Assembly: GCA_964528395.1 (NCBI GenBank)
Contig: CAZGTC010000001.1
Coordinates: 30,046-94,045 of the forward strand
Direction of reading: 5' to 3'
Length of the DNA: 64,000 bases
Source: an uncultured bacterium
GTDB lineage: Bacteria; Margulisbacteria; WOR-1; CAZGTC01
Below, piece after piece: positions 57,966 through 64,000 of this stretch (positions are counted from its first letter, which is position 1; the number at the start of each line of letters is the position of its first letter). The notes beneath the pieces are model-generated. The model had not been told where the DNA came from. It searched no databases and was given only the letters and a program-made list of their open reading frames with translations. The translations under genes and the position numbers were made by a program.

Positions 57966-58722
57966 TATTTTGGCGGAATTAACCGGCCGCTCGGCTGCCA
58001 ACCTCAAGGAATTTGTCGAGGGGATAAAAGCCGCGGATGAATCCACGATTTTTACCCACACGCACATGGCTTTTAAGGAATTCCATTTTGCCCGCGGAAT
58101 TTATACCAATGATTTTTCGCGCTGGGTGGCAGAATCCGTGCAGGACGATGTTCTGGCCGAAAAACTGGCGGCCATTGATATTACAGATTTTACGGATTTG
58201 CTGGAGCTCAAGAAAAATTTTATTAAGACGATTGAAGATTATTTAGGCAGCATTCCGATGATCCGCTCTGCTCCCAAGGGAGAGGAGTTTCACTTTTACC
58301 GCAATATCGGCATTATTTCTTTGACAGCTTTTGAGGTTTGGGACCTGGAAGAATTCAAAAAAGCGCTGAAGCTGGTTGGCCCGCGCTCTATTTTTTACCA
58401 TTTTTTTGAATCGCGCCTTCGGCTCAAGAAAAAAACCAATGATTTTTCCGCATGGATTGAAGATGCCTTGGGTAAAAAGGATTTAGCCCAGGCTATTGAA
58501 CAGATTGATCCTTATGTTGTTTCCCTGGATGAGCTGGCAGATAAAATGATCGCGATTATTGACCGTCACCAGCGCCAGGCCTCGCTGGAAGAAATTATCG
58601 AAGACAAGACTTTCTCTTTGTTTGCGCGCATCCGCTTGGGTTTTGTCCGCAGCCGGGGATTGCCCATCCGCGACCGCACCAAGCTGTTCTTTAAAATTTT
58701 AAGGAGCAAGCGGCCCAAATGA
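57934..58722 (+). CDS. hypothetical protein inside the trehalose cluster (start uncertain)
   Basis: Track start is TTG; first in-frame ATG is at 58066; no family recognised; stop overlaps treT start. Confidence 0.4.
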   Translation: MSKPFRFVTSNILAELTGRSAANLKEFVEGIKAADESTIFTHTHMAFKEFHFARGIYTNDFSRWVAESVQDDVLAEKLAAIDITDFTDLLELKKNFIKTIEDYLGSIPMIRSAPKGEEFHFYRNIGIISLTAFEVWDLEEFKKALKLVGPRSIFYHFFESRLRLKKKTNDFSAWIEDALGKKDLAQAIEQIDPYVVSLDELADKMIAIIDRHQRQASLEEIIEDKTFSLFARIRLGFVRSRGLPIRDRTKLFFKILRSKRPK

Positions 58723-59948
58723 ACAAAAGAACCTTGAACGATTATATCCCGATTGTCGGCCAGAGCGTTATTGACGAAATCCGCATGCTGGCAGAAAAGC
58801 TGCGGGGCAAAAAAATAAAAATGATAAATTCAACAGCCGTGGGCGGGGGGGTGGCAGAGATTTTGCACCGCTTGGTTCCTTTGTTTGTCGAGGCTGGGGT
58901 GGATATGAAATGGGAAGTGATCAAAGGCTCGGAAGCTTTTTTTGCCATTACCAAGACCATGCACAATGCCCTGCACGGCAAGACCGTAGAATTTACCAAT
59001 GAAATGATGGAAATTTTTCTTGCGGCAAACCGCGAAAATGCCGAAAGCATGCGTTTTGACGAAGATATTATTATTATCCACGACCCCCAGCCCGCAGCGC
59101 TAATTGAGAAAAAAATAAAAAGCGAGGCCCGCTGGCTCTGGCGCTGCCATATAGATTTATCTTCTCCCTATGCGCCGGTATGGAAGTTCCTCCACCATTA
59201 TGTAAAAATGTATGACGGTGCTTATTTTTCTTCTCCTAAATTTTCGCAAAAACTGGCGATTCCGCAGTATCTTTTGTACCCGTCGATTGATCCTTTGAGC
59301 GATAAGAACCGCGAGATTCCCCAAAGCTTTATTGATAAGACTTTAAGAAAATACCATCTTGATCCGCACCGGCCCATTATTACCCAAATTTCACGCTTTG
59401 ATTATTTAAAAGACCCGGTCGGGGTTATCGAAGCCTATAAAATGGTTAAGAAAAAAACCGATTGCCAGCTGGTCTTGGCTGGGGGCGGGGCAGATGATGA
59501 CCCTGAAGCAGTGCAAGTTTTAAACGAAGTAAAAACCCATGCTGCAGGAGAAAAAGATATCCATATTTTAGAGCTGCCGCCTTTTTCAGACCTGGAAATT
59601 AATGCTTTGCAGCGCGCCTCGCGCATTATCCTGCAAAAATCATTAAAAGAAGGCTTTGCGTTAACTGTTGCTGAGGGCTTGTGGAAAGGCGTGCCTGTTA
59701 TTGGATCAGCTGTGGGAGGGATTCCCTTGCAGATTATCCATAATTTTACCGGGGTTTTGGTGCATTCAATTGAGGGAGCAGCTTACCAGATCCGCTATCT
59801 TTTGAGCAACCCGGATTTTGCCAAGCGCTTGGGCCAATTCGGCAAGGAATTGGTGCGGGAAAAATATGTTACTACCAGCCATTTGCGCAATTACCTTTTA
59901 TCTTTTATTGCCCAGCAGTATCCGGAAAAGAGTATAATAGAAATCTAA
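58719..59948 (+). CDS. treT: trehalose glycosyltransferring synthase TreT-like glycosyltransferase (GT4)
   Basis: 409 aa; NSTAVGGGVAEILH, HDPQPAALIE, WLWRCHIDLSSP, IITQISRFD blocks match my recollection of archaeal/bacterial TreT. Confidence 0.75.
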   Translation: MNKRTLNDYIPIVGQSVIDEIRMLAEKLRGKKIKMINSTAVGGGVAEILHRLVPLFVEAGVDMKWEVIKGSEAFFAITKTMHNALHGKTVEFTNEMMEIFLAANRENAESMRFDEDIIIIHDPQPAALIEKKIKSEARWLWRCHIDLSSPYAPVWKFLHHYVKMYDGAYFSSPKFSQKLAIPQYLLYPSIDPLSDKNREIPQSFIDKTLRKYHLDPHRPIITQISRFDYLKDPVGVIEAYKMVKKKTDCQLVLAGGGADDDPEAVQVLNEVKTHAAGEKDIHILELPPFSDLEINALQRASRIILQKSLKEGFALTVAEGLWKGVPVIGSAVGGIPLQIIHNFTGVLVHSIEGAAYQIRYLLSNPDFAKRLGQFGKELVREKYVTTSHLRNYLLSFIAQQYPEKSIIEI

Positions 59949-59952
59949 AAAT

Positions 59953-61362
59953 ATGCTGCATCATTTGAAAAAAACTGTTTCGCATGACCGCATTTTTGTG
60001 CCGGTTTTGGTTTTGCTCTGTGGTTTTCTCTTCTTTTTTAATTTAGGCGGGCTTTCTTTAATTGAGACCGATGAATTTATTTACACCCACATTGCCCGCG
60101 AAATACTTTCAACTGGTGATTTTCTCACCCTGCATTTAAAAGGCCAAAATTGGTTCATGCATCCGCCGCTTTTCATGTGGATTTCCGCATTTTTTATTTA
60201 TTTTTTGGGGTTGAGCGAATTTAGCGCGCGCATAGCCAGTGCTTTTTTTGGCTTAGGCGGGGTTTTGGCAGTTTATTATTTGGGCAAGAACATGTTTTCC
60301 AAGCGCGATGGGTTTATTGCTGCCATTGTTTTAGCCAGCAGCCTGCAATATATAGTCCAGTCCCGTATTGCACTTTTTGACGGAGCCTTGGTTTGTTTTA
60401 TGACGCTTTCAATTTTATTTTTCTGGCTGGGGTACAAAAGGCAGCAGAGTAATTTTTACCTTTTATCTTCTCTTTGCATGGGTCTTGGCACCTTGACTAA
60501 GGGCCCAGTGGCTGCGCTTTTGCCGCTTTTGATCATTGTTCCTTTTATATTATTGCAGGGGACCTGGCGCCAGGTTTTAAAAGATGCCCAACTGCGATTA
60601 TCTATTCCTATATATATAGCAGTGGGGTGGTGGTGGTATTTATTGAGCTTTCTCCTGCATGGACAAGTATTTTTTAACGAAGTCATCATCCATTACCATG
60701 TTTTTCGCTATTTTGGGGTAATTGACCATACCGGGCCATGGTATTATTATTTTGTGGTAGTGGCAGCAGGATTTTTGCCCTGGATAATTTTTCTTATCCC
60801 AGCGCTTTTCTTTTTATTCCAAAAAAAATTCCGGGCAGAAGAGCAATTTCTTTTGCTAGGCATTGTTATAACTTTTGTTTTCTTTTCTCTGGCGCAGACC
60901 AAGCTGCCGGGATATATTTTAGGGCTTTATCCTTTTCTTGCCTTGGGGGTGGGGAAATTTATCAATGACCGCATAAATAACTTATGGATGCGCTACTTTT
61001 TTGTTTCTCTAGTGCTTTTTATGTGCTTGCTGATTGCTTTTCTCATGATTTATGTTGCTCCCCAAGTAGATGACGCCCGGCCCTACAAAAGCCTTTCTTT
61101 AAGGGCCAATGAACTGGTCCATTCGGATGATTTTGTGGGGGGCTACCAGCTTTACCAATTGGGATTTGATTATTATGTGATCCATCCGATTGTCTGGTTT
61201 GAAACACCTGCCAAAGCAGCTGAATCTTTGGCAAATACGAACCAGAGAATTTTTATTCTTGTACCCAAGTCAGAATTTGAAAATTTCGCCAGCCATTTTT
61301 CTTATCTTTTTTATGTCCTAGATGAAAAAGCCGGAGTTTTGATCATCAGCAACCAGCTTTAG
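59953..61362 (+). CDS. membrane GT-C glycosyltransferase (ArnT / PMT family, GT39/GT83-like)
   Basis: 469 aa; multi-TM; N-terminal DE-containing loop (IETDEFIYTHIA) typical of GT-C enzymes. Confidence 0.6.
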   Translation: MLHHLKKTVSHDRIFVPVLVLLCGFLFFFNLGGLSLIETDEFIYTHIAREILSTGDFLTLHLKGQNWFMHPPLFMWISAFFIYFLGLSEFSARIASAFFGLGGVLAVYYLGKNMFSKRDGFIAAIVLASSLQYIVQSRIALFDGALVCFMTLSILFFWLGYKRQQSNFYLLSSLCMGLGTLTKGPVAALLPLLIIVPFILLQGTWRQVLKDAQLRLSIPIYIAVGWWWYLLSFLLHGQVFFNEVIIHYHVFRYFGVIDHTGPWYYYFVVVAAGFLPWIIFLIPALFFLFQKKFRAEEQFLLLGIVITFVFFSLAQTKLPGYILGLYPFLALGVGKFINDRINNLWMRYFFVSLVLFMCLLIAFLMIYVAPQVDDARPYKSLSLRANELVHSDDFVGGYQLYQLGFDYYVIHPIVWFETPAKAAESLANTNQRIFILVPKSEFENFASHFSYLFYVLDEKAGVLIISNQL

Positions 61363-61363
61363 C

Positions 61364-61538
61364 TGATTTGCCCTCATCCTAGCTACTTTAAATTTGAGAA
61401 TTATTCTTATGCAACCTTCTCCCTCAGGAGAAGGATATAATTTTATGCGAAGATCAATTAACCCCTCTCCCAGTGTAACGCGGGAGAGGGTAGCATGAGA
61501 ACAGTAGGCATCTTAGAAAAATTTGGGTGAGGGTGAGG
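61364..61538 (+). repeat. MITE-like composite intergenic repeat, copy D
   Basis: tgatttgccctcatcct ... ccttctcc-ctca-ggagaagg ... ccctctcc-cagtgtaacgcg-ggagaggg ... gggtgagggtgagg. Confidence 0.6.
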
Positions 61539-61642
61539 TTTTTTCCAACACCCATGTTGAAAATTCCCTCATAAATTTATATATCGCCTAAGAGGCGATA
61601 CTACGCGAAGAGGCTGCCGGCGAAATTGCAGTAAGCTTGAGC

Positions 61643-62041
61643 ATGTTGAGATTATTAAGTTTGATTCTAATTTTATACTGCTTAGTTTTAGGCTGTGCGC
61701 CCACGATAGAAAAAATCGAAGAAGCTCCGCCAAAAACCACCCCGCCTTCTTCCCTTGAAGCAGCTTCTTCAGGAAAGAGCCAAAATCTTTTGGTGGAAGA
61801 TTTATTCCCAGAAACTAAAGAAGTCGTGCTTTCTTTTAACGATGACCCCAAGCTGATTGCCCCGCGCACCTATGCCAGCTTGACCGGCATTCTGCGGGAC
61901 AAAGGAATTTGCGTAATTATTGAAATTAATGGCAAAGCCTTTATTTTACAAAAGGGCCAATCGATTAAAGATTTTATGGTAGAAGAAATCAGCAACAGTT
62001 GGGTTTTGCTGGTAAAAGCTTCTTCCGGGGAGGCCAGATAA
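61643..62041 (+). CDS. lipoprotein, possibly pilus-assembly PilP-like
   Basis: Lipobox LVLGC; start set at ATG 61643 (track start is TTG); immediately upstream of the secretin gene. Confidence 0.45.
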   Translation: MLRLLSLILILYCLVLGCAPTIEKIEEAPPKTTPPSSLEAASSGKSQNLLVEDLFPETKEVVLSFNDDPKLIAPRTYASLTGILRDKGICVIIEINGKAFILQKGQSIKDFMVEEISNSWVLLVKASSGEAR

Positions 62042-62043
62042 CC

Positions 62044-63198
62044 ATGTCCCGATTTTTTGTCCTGTTTTTTTTAATTATTTTCCTCTGCGGCTCGGTTTTG
62101 GCAGAGGCAGAATTTCGCGAAGCAGCTTTGGGAGATGTCCTTAATCTTTTAGCCCAGAGGTCGGGCTATGATCTGATCGCTCCGCTTGAAGTTAAAGAAA
62201 CCCTGCAGAAAAGAATCAGCCTTAAAATCAATGACGCAGAATATCTAGCCATTTTAAAGCAGCTTTTATTGAGCCACAACTTGGCTTATGAATTTTCCGG
62301 CCAGCAATTGGTGCTTTCATCTTTTCCCAGCGATATTTCAGGCAGTGCTTTTGAAAAAAAGTCCGAAGTGGTGGACCTGGATTATATTTTAGCGTCAGAG
62401 GCCCTAGAAACTCTCACCAAGCTGCTTCCCGGGCTTTTGGCGGTTCATGGGTCCGGGGGCGCGCAGATTTGTTTGCGGGGCACCTCTCGCCAAATTGCCG
62501 AGGCCAAAAAAATCCTCTCTGGAATTGACCAAGCCCCCAAGCAGATTTTGATTGAAGCCCAAGTAATGGAGGTTTCTTCTTCGGATTTGCGCCAGCTCGG
62601 CTTGGATTATAAGAATTCCCTGGGGGATTTTAATTTTTCTTTTAAAGATTCCGGGTTTACCATGGATGGAAATCTTTTAATTAATTTGAAAAAATTAGTC
62701 AGCGAAGGCAAGGCGCGGATCTTGGCCAGCCCGAGCATTTTAGCGCAAGCGCACAAGGAAGCCGTAGTAAATATCGGCAGCCGCTTGCCTTATGCGGTTC
62801 CAGCTTCTTCGGGCAACAGCAATTTATGGAACGTTTCGTATATTGAAGCTGGGATCAACCTCAAGATTACTCCGCGCATTGGAGAAAAAAATCTCATTTG
62901 CGCAAAGATCAAGCCCGAAGTCAGTGCGATTTCTGAATGGCGGCCAACGATTGTAGGGGAATTCCCTGTGATTGCCAGCCGCAATGTGGAGACTGAAGTC
63001 GCGGTTGAAGACGGACAAACGATTGTGGTGGGGGGATTAAAGAGCGAGATGGAGAGGGAAACAACGGTTCGCGTCCCGTGGTTTTCGCATTTGCCGATAT
63101 TGGGAAATCTCTTCCAGTGGAAAAACCGCGAAAAAGAAAAAACCGAAATAATTTTTCTTATTACCCCGCATTTGGCCCAATACAAAGGCCCCCAATAG
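62044..63198 (+). CDS. secretin (PilQ/GspD family, short form)
   Basis: Start at ATG 62044 with RBS GGGGAGG; signal peptide; C-terminal secretin signature VPWFSHLPILGNLF ... EIIFLITPHL. Confidence 0.8.
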   Translation: MSRFFVLFFLIIFLCGSVLAEAEFREAALGDVLNLLAQRSGYDLIAPLEVKETLQKRISLKINDAEYLAILKQLLLSHNLAYEFSGQQLVLSSFPSDISGSAFEKKSEVVDLDYILASEALETLTKLLPGLLAVHGSGGAQICLRGTSRQIAEAKKILSGIDQAPKQILIEAQVMEVSSSDLRQLGLDYKNSLGDFNFSFKDSGFTMDGNLLINLKKLVSEGKARILASPSILAQAHKEAVVNIGSRLPYAVPASSGNSNLWNVSYIEAGINLKITPRIGEKNLICAKIKPEVSAISEWRPTIVGEFPVIASRNVETEVAVEDGQTIVVGGLKSEMERETTVRVPWFSHLPILGNLFQWKNREKEKTEIIFLITPHLAQYKGPQ

Positions 63199-63751
63199 CA
63201 TTTATTTCCTGATCCTTTAGGATAAGGGTCCCGATAATTTCTCCCGCGTGCTTTTTTACCAGGCTTTTTATTTCAACCAAATCAATTTCATCTGTTTTTA
63301 AATACGGCAAAATAATTTGGCTGCCAGCCGCAGCCAGCAAAGGAGTTTTTGCAGTAACAGCCAGGATAGTTTTCTCATCCAAGGAGCAAATATACGCCCC
63401 GCAGGGAGAGTCAACTTCGAGTGCCAAGTTTGAAGAAACCTTTATTTTTTGGTGCGTGCGGCTTTGGATGAATAATGAACCGTGGTTTTCTATCATGATC
63501 TCATTTAACAGCAGTCCAAACTCCTTGCCCAAGAATTCGGTCAGGGCTGGGGAAATAAGCAGCTGGGGTGAGATTTTGTATTTTTTGGCCACCTGCATGA
63601 TGCGCTGTACGATTTCCGGTGATTTTTTCGGGGGCTTGGGCCATTTGTCGGTTTTTGAATATTCCGGATTGCCCTGGAAAAAAAGATCTGCTTCAGCGCG
63701 GTATTTATAGGTTAAGCCCAGGGCTTTTTCCTTGAGGTTCTCTTCAGCCAA
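63161..63751 (-). CDS. hypothetical protein
   Basis: 196-aa ORF; 3' end overlaps the secretin gene convergently by 38 nt; no family recognised. Confidence 0.4.
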   Translation of the reverse strand: MAEENLKEKALGLTYKYRAEADLFFQGNPEYSKTDKWPKPPKKSPEIVQRIMQVAKKYKISPQLLISPALTEFLGKEFGLLLNEIMIENHGSLFIQSRTHQKIKVSSNLALEVDSPCGAYICSLDEKTILAVTAKTPLLAAAGSQIILPYLKTDEIDLVEIKSLVKKHAGEIIGTLILKDQEINAIGGLCIGPNAG

Positions 63752-63838
63752 GAAAAAAATCTGGCCTTCTTTTTCTTTGATGCAAAAAGAAGTTAAATCT
63801 TTGGCCTTAATATAAGCTGGTAGGGTATCGATGGTTTT

Positions 63839-64000
63839 TTACTTTCTTTTTTTAGGGGCTTTTGCTGCGCTAAAAACAACTTTACCATCTTCCGCTTTTA
63901 CCAGCACACTATCCCCATCCTTCCACTTATTTTCCAAGATTTCATTGGAAAGGGGATTTTCGATCAGCTGCTGGATGGCGCGGCGGATCGGCCGGGCCCC
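63839..64000 (-). CDS. Clp/Hsp100-family AAA+ chaperone, C-terminal fragment (5' end outside window)
   Basis: Minus-strand translation GARPIRRAIQQLIENPLSNEILENKWKDGDSVLV... matches the ClpB/ClpC C-terminal motif; stop at 63839-63841. Confidence 0.7.
   Translation of the reverse strand, partial: GARPIRRAIQQLIENPLSNEILENKWKDGDSVLVKAEDGKVVFSAAKAPKKRK

Noticed and set aside
61999-62043. Track start of secretin ORF at 61999
   Set aside because: Overlaps the upstream lipoprotein gene; ATG 62044 has RBS GGGGAGG and yields a canonical signal peptide

Overview
Low-GC (~38%) bacterial chromosomal window, probably from an uncultivated diderm lineage (TolC-type efflux, secretin and outer-membrane beta-barrel genes present). 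Most of it is housekeeping: metY(partial)-metX-metW, hcp with an Rrf2 regulator, a heavy-metal RND efflux operon, priA-def-fmt, the recA-rny-ymdB and cinA-pgsA-rimO block, nadA, tilS-folP-folK-tsaE-tsaB flanked by two CAT-anticodon tRNAs, an otsA-otsB-treT trehalose cluster, and a lipoprotein-secretin pair. Interspersed are several toxin-antitoxin or defence-like modules (MNT/HepT, HTH-NTase/HEPN, wHTH/minimal NTase, Doc, class II Fic, an AT-rich Abi-like ORF next to a tRNA). The most unusual region is a translationally coupled four-gene minus-strand operon (42739-52796) encoding giant proteins of 418, 1124, 637 and 1164 aa with no recognisable family, except that the last carries two tandem PP2C-like phosphatase modules. 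The intergenic space holds at least three short repeat families, including a ~170-bp MITE-like element in four copies, one of which supplies the RBS and start codon of priA. No rRNA, CRISPR array, integrase or transposase was found. All calls rest on reading the translations and DNA by eye; no database search was run.
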